Virus record (IMG/VR): IMGVR_UViG_2778261222_000001
Coordinates: 1 to 33,616 of that record
Length of the DNA: 33,616 nt
DNA from: a virus
Lineage: Duplodnaviria > Heunggongvirae > Uroviricota > Caudoviricetes
Direction: 5' to 3' (one strand)
The notes beneath the pieces were generated by a model. That model made no database searches. It was not told the DNA's origin and was given only the letters and a program-made list of their open reading frames with translations. The position numbers were made by a program, and so were the translations under genes. Below, piece after piece: positions 18,461 through 27,108 of the stretch. The number at the start of each line of letters is the position of its first letter. Position 1 is the first letter of the stretch.

Positions 18461-20024
18461 GACCGGTGTCCCCCAGCGCACGCGCCTTAAAGCACACCTC
18501 CGCCAGTTGCAGGGCAAAGTCGTCCGCGTTCAGCGTTTCCTGAAGCTCAGGCAGGCGTTTCAGAAAGTCATCAAAACTGTCGCATTCCTGCGCCAGTGTC
18601 AGCACCGGGTTCGTGAACGCTTCGCCTGTTTTCTGCCAGTCACGCAGGGCATCATCCACCATCTGTGCCAGTTCGTCGGGGTGTTCCCGGTTCAGGGCGA
18701 CGCGCTCGCGGTTCATCGCCACATCACCTGACATTCCGGCAGAAACCGGATGCAGAACATCAGCCCCTTCGTCCGGTTCAGCAAGGCCGAACCGGTCCCG
18801 CAGCTCCGATTCCTGAACCCGCATCCCCCGGTCAATCAGCGGCACCAGAGCATCTGTCAGCGCCTTCAGATCTTCTGCTTCACTGATACGCAGAACAACA
18901 CGGGGGTAGTGCGCCTGTGGCCCGTAGTTGGCCTCGATATAGGGACGCACCAGATATTCATTCAGCGTGTTAGCCAGCTGTCGCGCGTCCCAGCGCACAA
19001 TGTCCATGCGCACCTGATTGTGCACGTCCGCCTGTGAACGCGAACTGCCGTTATCCGTGGTCATGGTCTGCCCCAGCACAGCCTTACTGATTTGTGCATC
19101 ACACCATTCCGCCATTTCACGGAACAGTGCGCCGCCGTTATTCCGGCTGGCGGTTTCCTTCATCTCCAGTTGCATGGACTGCGGAATGGCACACCCTGCA
19201 TCCGAGGCAATGGAGGCAATCGCATCAATCAGTACGCGGATTTGCTCCTCCGTGGCGTTGGGACCGTATTTCCCCACCGTCACCGGAATGCCGAATTTTT
19301 CCGCGAATGCCCACCAGTCACGCACGGTATAGGATTTCAGCATGTACATCACCGCCACCAGACGGGCCAGACCGTTACGCAGCGGCAGACCGGATTTCAG
19401 GCGCGGCTGGTGAACAATGAATTTTCCCGGTGTCAGCGGTACGCCATCCACCGGTTCGTCATCCGTCAGCAGGCGGAACTGGCGCAGCGTGGGTTTTTCG
19501 GCTTTCAGAAAACGGGGATCAACCCACTCATAATCACGGGGCACCCAGTGGTTATTGCGGGTGTTCCACAGAATTTCACAGACCGCCACGCCTTTCCCCA
19601 GCCCGTCAAGCAGATCAAACATCAGCTCGGGGATTTGCGGCGCGGCCATCAGCTCACGGATGGCATCCGCCAGCTGCACATCGGCATCGTCGTCACTGGC
19701 AGCCACCACCACCGGCTCGATACCCGCCACCGTCAGCTTGCGGGTGCGCAGTACCGAGGCGTAATGCAAATCGCGTTCTTCCATCTCTTCGGCAAGGATA
19801 AAAAAATCACGCGTGATGCCGTCGGCGGCATTGCGCAGAATGCCTGCCAGCCTGCCGGGATTCAGCCCGGAAGCAATGCTGATGCCCGGCGAGGCCGAGC
19901 GCACGCCAGCCTGACGCGGACGGGCCTGTATTTCATCGAGCGTCTCTTTTTTGAGCCTGTCTTCCTCACCGGTTGCCGGGTTCAGCAGACGGCGAACGGC
20001 CCCGGCCAGTTGTTTCAGGTTCAC
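18453..20024 (-). CDS. Portal protein (Mu H-like)
   Basis: 523 aa; GTG start overlapping the terminase stop (GTGA) with GAGGGAGG Shine-Dalgarno; position after the large terminase. Confidence 0.85.
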   Translation of the reverse strand: MNLKQLAGAVRRLLNPATGEEDRLKKETLDEIQARPRQAGVRSASPGISIASGLNPGRLAGILRNAADGITRDFFILAEEMEERDLHYASVLRTRKLTVAGIEPVVVAASDDDADVQLADAIRELMAAPQIPELMFDLLDGLGKGVAVCEILWNTRNNHWVPRDYEWVDPRFLKAEKPTLRQFRLLTDDEPVDGVPLTPGKFIVHQPRLKSGLPLRNGLARLVAVMYMLKSYTVRDWWAFAEKFGIPVTVGKYGPNATEEQIRVLIDAIASIASDAGCAIPQSMQLEMKETASRNNGGALFREMAEWCDAQISKAVLGQTMTTDNGSSRSQADVHNQVRMDIVRWDARQLANTLNEYLVRPYIEANYGPQAHYPRVVLRISEAEDLKALTDALVPLIDRGMRVQESELRDRFGLAEPDEGADVLHPVSAGMSGDVAMNRERVALNREHPDELAQMVDDALRDWQKTGEAFTNPVLTLAQECDSFDDFLKRLPELQETLNADDFALQLAEVCFKARALGDTGHA

Positions 20025-21556
20025 AGTAAGCCTCCCTCATTTTTCAGTCCGCGTGTCAGCTTCATCTGGCGGCGCACGTTGCGTTCTTCCGGTTTCGCCG
20101 GGCGGTTCAGGCGGTGCAGCTCGTAACGGTGGCAGTCATCCTTGCTGGCAAGGAAGCCCAGGAAAATGGCCACAGCGGCGTCGCCGTGACGTTTGTGACC
20201 GTCGCTGCCTTTGGTTCGTGAATCATCAATGCCGGGAACGCCACGCAGTAACTGAATGGCCCCGAGGTCATTGATCACGTCTTCATGCTTCGGAAGGATC
20301 AGCTCATCATCTTCAAACGCTGCACGGAACCGGGGCATGTTTTCGCGGTAGAACGCCACGGACAGCATCACCTGTTCCACTTCATCGCCGTACCGCTCCG
20401 CCGCCTGTTCTGCCAGATACTGACCGTTCCCCCGCGCATCCATTTTGATACCGTCACGACGGGGCAGACGATCGCAAAGCCAGAACAGCACCTGCTCCTG
20501 CTGTTTAAACGGCACATTGCCAAGCTCAACCAGGAACGGCACCTCGCGGGTGGTGTCATCGTTCACCGTCACCGGGGCCAGTACGGTCAGGTCACCCGAA
20601 CGCGCAAAGTCTTCCCCCAGACAGTGGCGCAGATTCTTCGGGAGTTTTTTCAGCTTGGGACGCACCACCGTTTCCAGCCATTCCCGGATATCTGCCCGGC
20701 GCTGGCTTTCCGTCAGTGCGTTAAATTCCGGTGTACCGGTAAAACGCAACACTTTTCCGGTTCCACGGGCCGCACGCTCACGCAGTGAGCGGGGGATATA
20801 CGTGCCGCCGCCGTTTTTCGGGACGCAGTAATACTCCTCCAGCGCATCTTCGCGGGTGGCGGTATTTCGCAGCAGGCCTTCTTTCCATTCCGCCTCGGCT
20901 TCCGGTGACCACACCATGCCGCGCACCTGACAGATACGCCGGTACAGCCCGTCATTGCAGGCGTCATCCAGCGTGATGGTGTGAATGCGGTAATCCCGTT
21001 TTCCTGCGCGGCTTTCCTGAATCAGCTGGTTAAACAGGTTGTCCACGCCGTCATGGGTGGAAATAAGGCGAATTTTGCCGCCCCATGTTTTCAGCGGCAG
21101 CACAGCCTTCAGCAGCTCGTCCAGTTTTTCATGGAACGCGGCCTCGTCGATGGTGACATTCCCCTGCATCCCGCGAATGTTGCTCGGGTTGCTGGACAGT
21201 GCCTTGACCTTAAAACCGCTGGCGAAGTACACGACGAACGTCAGAATGTCCTTGTCTTCGTCGGTGATCACTTCCTCGCAGATTTCTTCCGCTGCCGCAT
21301 TAAACGCTTTCGCCCACATCGCCACGGCGTCGATAAATTCGCGGGCCATCTCCTTATTCGAACCGATATAAAAGTGATCGCGCCCGCCGTCTTCCTTCTT
21401 CAGTGATGCCGTCAGTGCCGCATCCGCAGCTTCCGCCCAGGTTAAACCGGTACGGCGGGATTTCTCGGCGATTTTCAGGTCGGCATCATCCGCCACCCAG
21501 CGTTTCTGATACGGCAGCAGAACATCATATTCACTGAACGTGTCCATTTGTGTCAT
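20021..21556 (-). CDS. Terminase large subunit
   Basis: 511 aa; ATGA overlap with the upstream small-subunit-like gene. Confidence 0.85.
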   Translation of the reverse strand: MTQMDTFSEYDVLLPYQKRWVADDADLKIAEKSRRTGLTWAEAADAALTASLKKEDGGRDHFYIGSNKEMAREFIDAVAMWAKAFNAAAEEICEEVITDEDKDILTFVVYFASGFKVKALSSNPSNIRGMQGNVTIDEAAFHEKLDELLKAVLPLKTWGGKIRLISTHDGVDNLFNQLIQESRAGKRDYRIHTITLDDACNDGLYRRICQVRGMVWSPEAEAEWKEGLLRNTATREDALEEYYCVPKNGGGTYIPRSLRERAARGTGKVLRFTGTPEFNALTESQRRADIREWLETVVRPKLKKLPKNLRHCLGEDFARSGDLTVLAPVTVNDDTTREVPFLVELGNVPFKQQEQVLFWLCDRLPRRDGIKMDARGNGQYLAEQAAERYGDEVEQVMLSVAFYRENMPRFRAAFEDDELILPKHEDVINDLGAIQLLRGVPGIDDSRTKGSDGHKRHGDAAVAIFLGFLASKDDCHRYELHRLNRPAKPEERNVRRQMKLTRGLKNEGGLL

Positions 21557-22134
21557 GCGCTAATCCCCAGAATTTCACGTTTGATGGTGTCAGCCGCACC
21601 ACCTGACAGACCGCCCGTTCTGACCAGTTCTTCGGTTTTCTCTGCCATCTCCTGCGCAAACGCATCACGGATCGCTTTCTCGCGTTTATGGCTGGTCATG
21701 GCTGCCGCTTCCAGACGCTGGGCAACCAGCGCCAGTTGCCCCAGCGCCTTTGGTGCTACAGGTTTGTCGTCTTCTGCCATCGACATGGACGTTTCAAAGG
21801 CCAGCGTTTTTACAAACTCCATCAGCAGCTTGCCGACGTCTGACGTCGGCGCGGAACCCAGCTTTGCCGCCCAGACTTCGGCCATTTCGCGGGAGGCGCG
21901 GATTTTGGCCCCGACTTTTTCCATGCGGATGGCATAGCGGTTTAAGCCCGTCCGGCTTAACTGCATCTCTTCCGGCAGGTTGTGTTCGTCAATCAGGGCG
22001 TTGATGGCTTCGCGGATTTCTTCCTGCGTGTGCCGCTTTTCCCGCAGCATCTGATGCAACTGCTCCCGGATGCTGTCCGGGAGTAAATCCACTTTGGAAA
22101 GACGGCCACGGGTGGGGCGTTGTTCATTTTCCAT
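21553..22134 (-). CDS. Terminase small subunit-like protein (Mu gp27-like)
   Basis: Basic N-terminus; likely start is the ATG at 22132-22134 with AGGAGG 6 nt upstream; directly precedes the large terminase. Confidence 0.6.
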   Translation of the reverse strand: MENEQRPTRGRLSKVDLLPDSIREQLHQMLREKRHTQEEIREAINALIDEHNLPEEMQLSRTGLNRYAIRMEKVGAKIRASREMAEVWAAKLGSAPTSDVGKLLMEFVKTLAFETSMSMAEDDKPVAPKALGQLALVAQRLEAAAMTSHKREKAIRDAFAQEMAEKTEELVRTGGLSGGAADTIKREILGISA

Positions 22135-22271
22135 GTGTGCCCTCCTGTTGCTCACTACGCTGTAAACTTTCGTATGCAGATTTCAGCGCGCCACTCTGGA
22201 TTTCCCGCCATGTCAGGTTGTGCGCCAGACGGCGGAGTTCATCACGGGACGCTTTACTTATCGGATTCTTT

Positions 22272-22571
22272 TTACGGTTCACGACGGCCCCCGTCTTCAG
22301 TTCCCGGTGTTTTCAGACCGGCGTATATTTCTTCGCGAACGGACCGGATATCCTTACCCAGCAGTTTCCACAGCCGCGCACATGCCGGTGATGAGCGCAG
22401 GGCACATTTCATGGGGGTATCCGGTGCATCCGGGTTCCAGGGCTTTCCGGTCTGTTGTTCATATGCACGGGCGATGGCGTTTTTCTCAATATCCGCGAGC
22501 ACAAGACAGTACGCCAGCTGCCGCACGACGGCCCGTTCTCCGCGACTTAACGGCTTCAGTTTTCGGGCCAT
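22272..22571 (-). CDS. Hypothetical protein
   Basis: 99 aa; ATG at 22569-22571 with GAGGGA Shine-Dalgarno. Confidence 0.45.
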   Translation of the reverse strand: MARKLKPLSRGERAVVRQLAYCLVLADIEKNAIARAYEQQTGKPWNPDAPDTPMKCALRSSPACARLWKLLGKDIRSVREEIYAGLKTPGTEDGGRREP

Positions 22572-22573
22572 GC

Positions 22574-22867
22574 TCAGTCCCTCGCACGGGGTTTTTTAAC
22601 GCCCGGAACGCTGGACAGGCCGTTTGCCACATCCTCGCCGCTGCCGGTGATTTCAGCCACGTAACAGCCGCCCACATCAGACAGACGAACCAGCCCCTGC
22701 TCGCGCAACCATGCAAGCTGGGTGCGTACCACATCACGGGATACCTTATGACCGTAAGCCTGAAGGCAGGTCTGCAACACGGATTCATTCGCGCTGTCGC
22801 CACAGTCCAGCAGGGAACGCAGCAACACCAGACGACGGTCTTCAGTGAGGATCTCTTTCATCGCCAT
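22574..22867 (-). CDS. Hypothetical protein, possible winged-helix fold
   Basis: 97 aa; TAATG overlap with the upstream gene. Confidence 0.45.
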   Translation of the reverse strand: MAMKEILTEDRRLVLLRSLLDCGDSANESVLQTCLQAYGHKVSRDVVRTQLAWLREQGLVRLSDVGGCYVAEITGSGEDVANGLSSVPGVKKPRARD

Positions 22868-23172
22868 TAATTTTTTTCCTTTAACTCGTTCTCTAATAAC
22901 AAATCACTGATGCGGGATACCTGGCGGATGGATGGCCCCAGCTCTTTGATTTCTCCCCGCAGGTTGCTGATATCCAGTTGCAGGCGGTGGAACTCATCAC
23001 GGTCGGGTAAATGGTGTACCTGGCTTTCCATAACCGACACGCGGGAACGGAGTGAATCAAACTCTTCACGTTTGACGTAGGTTTTCGCCAGAATCAACTG
23101 AAGCAGGTTTATTCCTGTCATCAGCAATGCCCACAGAATGGGCCAGTTGGCCCGGATCATTTCCCAGGACAC
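22867..23172 (-). CDS. Membrane-anchored coiled-coil protein (possible lysis accessory/spanin-like)
   Basis: N-terminal hydrophobic helix WPILWALLMTGINLLQLIL followed by a coiled coil; 101 aa. Confidence 0.45.
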   Translation of the reverse strand: MSWEMIRANWPILWALLMTGINLLQLILAKTYVKREEFDSLRSRVSVMESQVHHLPDRDEFHRLQLDISNLRGEIKELGPSIRQVSRISDLLLENELKEKN

Positions 23173-23384
23173 GTTTTCCTCCTGCGTTCCCGCATCTGTT
23201 GACAGTCAATACAGGTCACCACATCCGGCAGCGCCGCAAGGCGCTGTACCGGAATAACGTTCCCGCAGTCATTGCAGAAGCCCCGGCTGTGGGACGCTTC
23301 TTTTGTCCGCGTCTGCCAGGCTTTAACGACGCTCTGACGCTCGTTCAGAACCACTTCACTGATGCGGTCGATTTCGTCGGTCAT
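23157..23384 (-). CDS. TraR/DksA-family C4 zinc-finger protein
   Basis: CNDC-x17-CIDC spacing (CxxC-x17-CxxC) near the C-terminus; 75 aa. Confidence 0.7.
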   Translation of the reverse strand: MTDEIDRISEVVLNERQSVVKAWQTRTKEASHSRGFCNDCGNVIPVQRLAALPDVVTCIDCQQMRERRRKTCPGK

Positions 23385-23989
23385 TTCGGCCCCGCAGATA
23401 TTTTGTGACGGCTTGATTTGCTGTAACGGGCAAAGCCGTCAAGGGTTCGCACGCCGAGATAGCCCAGCGCAGGGGTAAGCAACATCAGCGTGATATCCCA
23501 GTCCGGTGACGGCATATGCAGCGTGATACCTCTGGCACCGGCAATGGCTCCGGCAATCTGGCCGCAGGAAAGCAACAGCACATAGGCCAGACTGCTGTAA
23601 CAGGACAGGCGGGCCAGCAGCGGGCGCGTCTGGCGCACATAGCTGTCCGTGGCGTTGTCACCATTGCGGATGGTTTCCTGCTGTTCATGGTGTGTGGCCT
23701 GCTGGTCAGCCAGCACCAGCTTCTGCCGTTCCACCTCCAGCTGTTGCAGCTGAACTTTCAGGGTTTCCATCTGCATCAGTTGCTCCGGTGACAGCATCAC
23801 CAGCTTTTGTTCCAGAATGCGTTGCTGTTCAGCCACCGGCAGGCTTTCCCGGACGCTTTCCACCATACCGGCCACCGAGTCAGCGGCGGCAGATGTACTG
23901 CCACCAAACCAGCGCCCGACGGAACGAATCAGCCCCGGCCCGGCTTTCAGCAGAACAGAGGCGATGCCTGAAAGGGTTAACGGATCCAT
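23381..23989 (-). CDS. Putative holin-like membrane protein
   Basis: 202 aa; hydrophobic N-terminal segment, central coiled coil, C-terminal hydrophobic helices; located in the lysis block. Confidence 0.4.
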   Translation of the reverse strand: MDPLTLSGIASVLLKAGPGLIRSVGRWFGGSTSAAADSVAGMVESVRESLPVAEQQRILEQKLVMLSPEQLMQMETLKVQLQQLEVERQKLVLADQQATHHEQQETIRNGDNATDSYVRQTRPLLARLSCYSSLAYVLLLSCGQIAGAIAGARGITLHMPSPDWDITLMLLTPALGYLGVRTLDGFARYSKSSRHKISAGPK

Positions 23990-24387
23990 GAATCCCCCTT
24001 ATGAAAACGGCGCTGATGTTTATAAAGTGCCGCGCAAAAAATACCGCCCAGCCAGAACGCCAGCTGATAAGGCTCCTTCAGATAAAGAATGCCGAATGTC
24101 AGCATGAAAAAACCAACGGCCCAGACCACCCATGACCACACGACAATTCGAAGGGAAGCGGCCCGGAAACGCCTTTTGGGTTGCAGGCGATAAGGTACGT
24201 TGCCCAGCTGGAAACTGTGAATCAGACAGAGTGTCGCGCCGTATGCCAGCACCATGACCGCAAACGCCCGCCATCCGGCAAAACAGCTCGCCAGAAAAAG
24301 TACTGCCGACAGCCCCAGAAACGACCACTGGCACAACATAAAGCGGGAGTAAATAACGCGAACAAAAAGACTATTCATTCTGTGCAT
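23977..24387 (-). CDS. Integral membrane protein (about 4 TM helices)
   Basis: Start at ATG 24385-24387 with AAGGA Shine-Dalgarno; four hydrophobic segments (the track ORF extends upstream with no obvious start). Confidence 0.5.
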   Translation of the reverse strand: MHRMNSLFVRVIYSRFMLCQWSFLGLSAVLFLASCFAGWRAFAVMVLAYGATLCLIHSFQLGNVPYRLQPKRRFRAASLRIVVWSWVVWAVGFFMLTFGILYLKEPYQLAFWLGGIFCAALYKHQRRFHKGDSWIR

Positions 24388-24598
24388 TGAGTTTTTCCTT
24401 GTACTTCTGGCACTGCCAGAAAATGTCCCGTGTATCCACGGAGTTCCAGCCACGCATGTAATAGCTGGCGTGTGTGCCGTCATGGCCGGTGTAGTCCACC
24501 GGCTTCGGGGGCGGGCCTCCGGCCATGCGGTGCAAAATCTCCTGACGCAGGCGGTCACGCCGCCCGGCTTTCAGTGAGGCATCCCAGCCTTTACCCAT
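24371..24598 (-). CDS. Hypothetical small protein downstream of the endolysin
   Basis: 75 aa; starts immediately after the lys stop. Confidence 0.4.
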   Translation of the reverse strand: MGKGWDASLKAGRRDRLRQEILHRMAGGPPPKPVDYTGHDGTHASYYMRGWNSVDTRDIFWQCQKYKEKLNAQNE

Positions 24599-24599
24599 A

Positions 24600-25196
24600 T
24601 CACCCCCGCGTGGCGGACATGATGCCCTGGGGGGTATCGATGATTTCCAGACAGGCGTCGGTCAGTTTTTCCATGCGGTTAAACCAGCCGTTCAGGTATT
24701 TACCCTGGGCGGGTTTTGACTTGATGATGTCGGCATAAAAGCGGGAACGACGGACAATGCAACGGGCCAGCAACCAGTCCGGGGTGGACAGGCTCACGGC
24801 CTTACGGGTACGCGGACCGATGATGCCGTCAGCATCCACATCAGCGGCTTCCTGCAAAATCCTGATGGCTTTTTTAACGCCATGCTGAACCGCCGCATCG
24901 AACACAAACATCGCCACGCCATCAGGCCACTGGTCACATCCGGCAGGCAGCCAGTAATCGCGCCAGTAAATCTGCGCAACCTGTTCGCGGGTCAAATCCC
25001 TGATGCGGGTATCCGGTTTGCCGTCACCGTTGACATCGGTTTTGCCGTCAATCACACCGTCGCGGCGGTCAGAAATGCCGTATTTAGTTTCGCCGCCACG
25101 GTCTGTGGGGTCATTGACATAGCCGCCTTCGATATCAGGACGCAGGATAAAATTCAGCGCATGTTCAAAGGTCGGGGAGAATTTTTGATTTTCCAT
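24600..25196 (-). CDS. Endolysin, GH108-type N-acetylmuramidase with peptidoglycan-binding domain
   Basis: N-terminal motif EGGYVNDPTDRGGETKYGI typical of glycoside hydrolase family 108; AGGTG Shine-Dalgarno upstream. Confidence 0.8.
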   Translation of the reverse strand: MENQKFSPTFEHALNFILRPDIEGGYVNDPTDRGGETKYGISDRRDGVIDGKTDVNGDGKPDTRIRDLTREQVAQIYWRDYWLPAGCDQWPDGVAMFVFDAAVQHGVKKAIRILQEAADVDADGIIGPRTRKAVSLSTPDWLLARCIVRRSRFYADIIKSKPAQGKYLNGWFNRMEKLTDACLEIIDTPQGIMSATRG

Positions 25197-25250
25197 AAAA
25201 GCACCTGTGAAGCAGATTTAAACGTGGTCTGCTTCATGGTGCCGGAGGCA

Positions 25251-25276
25251 TAAAAAAAGCCGGATTTACCGGCTTC
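25251..25276 (-). terminator. Rho-independent terminator (minus strand), copy 2 of the repeated element
   Basis: Same aaaaaaagccggatttaccggcttca sequence as at 17531-17556; hairpin plus seven T on the minus strand, between the moron and lys. Confidence 0.6.
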
Positions 25277-25297
25277 ATTGAATATCAGGTTATTGGC

Positions 25298-25795
25298 TCA
25301 GTTAACTTTACGGGCAGAACATGTAGTCTTCATTACTGAACGTTCAATTTTTATCTTCCAGCCATTTACTGTTTTTTCGACAGGATCATCTTCAGCTTGC
25401 TTTAAATTTTCAACTTGCATGAAATTCAGTGGGGCTGGGGTATCATCGTCCCATGATGTCGGGCGAACATAATCAGGGACAACAAAAGGCTCAAAAACAG
25501 TTTCACATAAAGCAGACGTCATTTGAGCGAACTCGTCGCTATCGGGGCGAACCGGTCCTGTAACATACTGCATTTTTATGTTGATTTCGTTATCTCGCAC
25601 AGACGCCTTTAAATCCTGATATACACCTAAGTTAAATCCTTTAAACTCAGCAATGGCAGCGTCACCTTTACCATACCAGTCGGTATAGTCAACGGATGTT
25701 TTTTTCTGAAAAACATCTTTGACTTTTTGCTGGAATGTATCCTCCGCTTGTACAGTAGTAACAGTTAGTAAAAGAATAAGGGGAAGATATTTCAT
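25298..25795 (-). CDS. Secreted protein of unknown function (moron)
   Basis: N-terminal signal peptide MKYLPLILLLTVTTVQA followed by ED; visibly AT-rich codon usage compared with flanking genes; ATGA overlap with the mor stop. Confidence 0.6.
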   Translation of the reverse strand: MKYLPLILLLTVTTVQAEDTFQQKVKDVFQKKTSVDYTDWYGKGDAAIAEFKGFNLGVYQDLKASVRDNEINIKMQYVTGPVRPDSDEFAQMTSALCETVFEPFVVPDYVRPTSWDDDTPAPLNFMQVENLKQAEDDPVEKTVNGWKIKIERSVMKTTCSARKVN

Positions 25796-26193
25796 TGTTC
25801 GTCCTTAAATAGTTGCATTTGATATTTTCCACGCTCCAGTCGGCGCATTCTTTTGATGGCCTGATATACCGTTTTGTATGTCACTTTGTAACGCTGCACC
25901 AGCTCCGCTACGTTTTTCCCATCAAAATCACGCCAGATGCGCATGTCTCTGATAAGATTTTCCAGTATTTTCCCTTTCGGAACATATACCTGAATCCCAC
26001 CGATATGATTGCAAATCGCCACTACCAGCTCAAGGGAGTGGGCAGGGTTAACTCCAAGCCTTATCAGCTCCTGTCGCAACAGAGCATTCAGCTCAGCCAG
26101 TAAAGATGGAAATCCCGATTTTTCCTGAACATCATCAAAATATTCAAGGATACTGTCGTCCTGATAATCACCAAATAAATCCTGCTCTTTCAT
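25792..26193 (-). CDS. mor: Mor/C-family transcriptional activator (Mor by position)
   Basis: 133 aa; C-terminal region YKTVYQAIKRMRR fits the Mor/C helix-turn-helix as I recall it; follows gemA as mor does in Mu. Confidence 0.7.
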   Translation of the reverse strand: MKEQDLFGDYQDDSILEYFDDVQEKSGFPSLLAELNALLRQELIRLGVNPAHSLELVVAICNHIGGIQVYVPKGKILENLIRDMRIWRDFDGKNVAELVQRYKVTYKTVYQAIKRMRRLERGKYQMQLFKDEQ

Positions 26194-26741
26194 AGAACTA
26201 TTCTCCCGCTGTTTCTGGCGCGGGCATACGCACTGGTCAGTGCATCATATCCGCGCAGTTCCCGCCCGGTTTCGCTCACAGGTAAAGGCATGCCATGTCG
26301 GGCAAAGGCTTCCCGGATGCAGCGCATATGCCACTGTTTGAGCGTTTCGAGCACAACCTGCAACGATTCCCCATGACACCAGGCCAGCGTGGAAACACCC
26401 TGACCACCATTACGTCTGGCCGTCAGGCGTTCAACGTATTTGTCCAGCGCGGCGTCGCTGATATCGGATACGAAACCATCAAGAAACATCTGCTGCCAGA
26501 TTTTATAAATCTTCTCGCGCGGTGTGACATGCCCCTTAAAGCGACGGCGGGGATGTTTATTCTGCTTTTTAAAACCGCGCTCTTTCATGGCATCGAGCAC
26601 TTGTTCCAGTTGTGCAACGGACAGCTCGCGGCAACTGGTTTTGCCCGTGCACTGCACCAGAAAGGCGCGGTAAGTGTCATCGTCGAGGTGCAACTCCCGG
26701 CGGGCAACATGAATTAATTTAATCAGGGATGTGCGACTCAT
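26190..26741 (-). CDS. gemA: GemA-like regulatory protein
   Basis: Position immediately upstream of mor; ATG at 26739-26741 (track ORF begins at a GTG at 26786). Confidence 0.65.
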   Translation of the reverse strand: MSRTSLIKLIHVARRELHLDDDTYRAFLVQCTGKTSCRELSVAQLEQVLDAMKERGFKKQNKHPRRRFKGHVTPREKIYKIWQQMFLDGFVSDISDAALDKYVERLTARRNGGQGVSTLAWCHGESLQVVLETLKQWHMRCIREAFARHGMPLPVSETGRELRGYDALTSAYARARNSGRIVL

Positions 26742-27108
26742 TTTGCCCCATCTCCTTAATGCAGTGTTTTTCGACCCATGCCACACGAGCAGAATTCAGG
26801 TGGCATCTGTCATGTAGGCATTCATCATGGTAGTGCACGTTATCTACATTAAATGGCAGGGATTCATCCAGCCCACTCGCGACAAAATCCGCATGTAATT
26901 GTTCTAGCGCAGCCTCGCTGTCTGCTCCGATTGATTCAAAATAGTCATAAACATTGGCGCATAATCCGACTCCCCGAATAAACCCTTCCCCTTCCGTTTC
27001 TTGCGCTCCGTTTTTTAACCACTGGTTATAGGCGACATAAAAATCATAAAGATGTTTTCTGGTGCTGGCGGATGCGGATTTAATTTCATTTTTCTCTGCG
27101 TTATTCAT
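26719..27108 (-). CDS. Hypothetical early protein with His/Cys-rich motif
   Basis: 129 aa; HYHDECLHDRCH motif suggests metal binding. Confidence 0.45.
   Translation of the reverse strand: MNNAEKNEIKSASASTRKHLYDFYVAYNQWLKNGAQETEGEGFIRGVGLCANVYDYFESIGADSEAALEQLHADFVASGLDESLPFNVDNVHYHDECLHDRCHLNSARVAWVEKHCIKEMGQNESHIPD

Noticed and set aside
19092-20126. Long plus-strand ORF (344 aa) and other plus-strand ORFs such as 16808..17650, 5272..5895, 7773..8501 and 12685..13332
   Set aside because: All lie antisense within confidently assigned minus-strand phage genes, have Arg/His/Pro/Cys-rich composition typical of antisense frames in GC-rich coding DNA, and lack ribosome-binding sites; no plus-strand gene is supported in this window.
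22120-22599. Plus-strand ORFs (159 and 84 aa) across the small-terminase and upstream gene boundary
   Set aside because: Antisense to minus-strand genes that have good ribosome-binding sites and start-stop coupling; no supporting signals.
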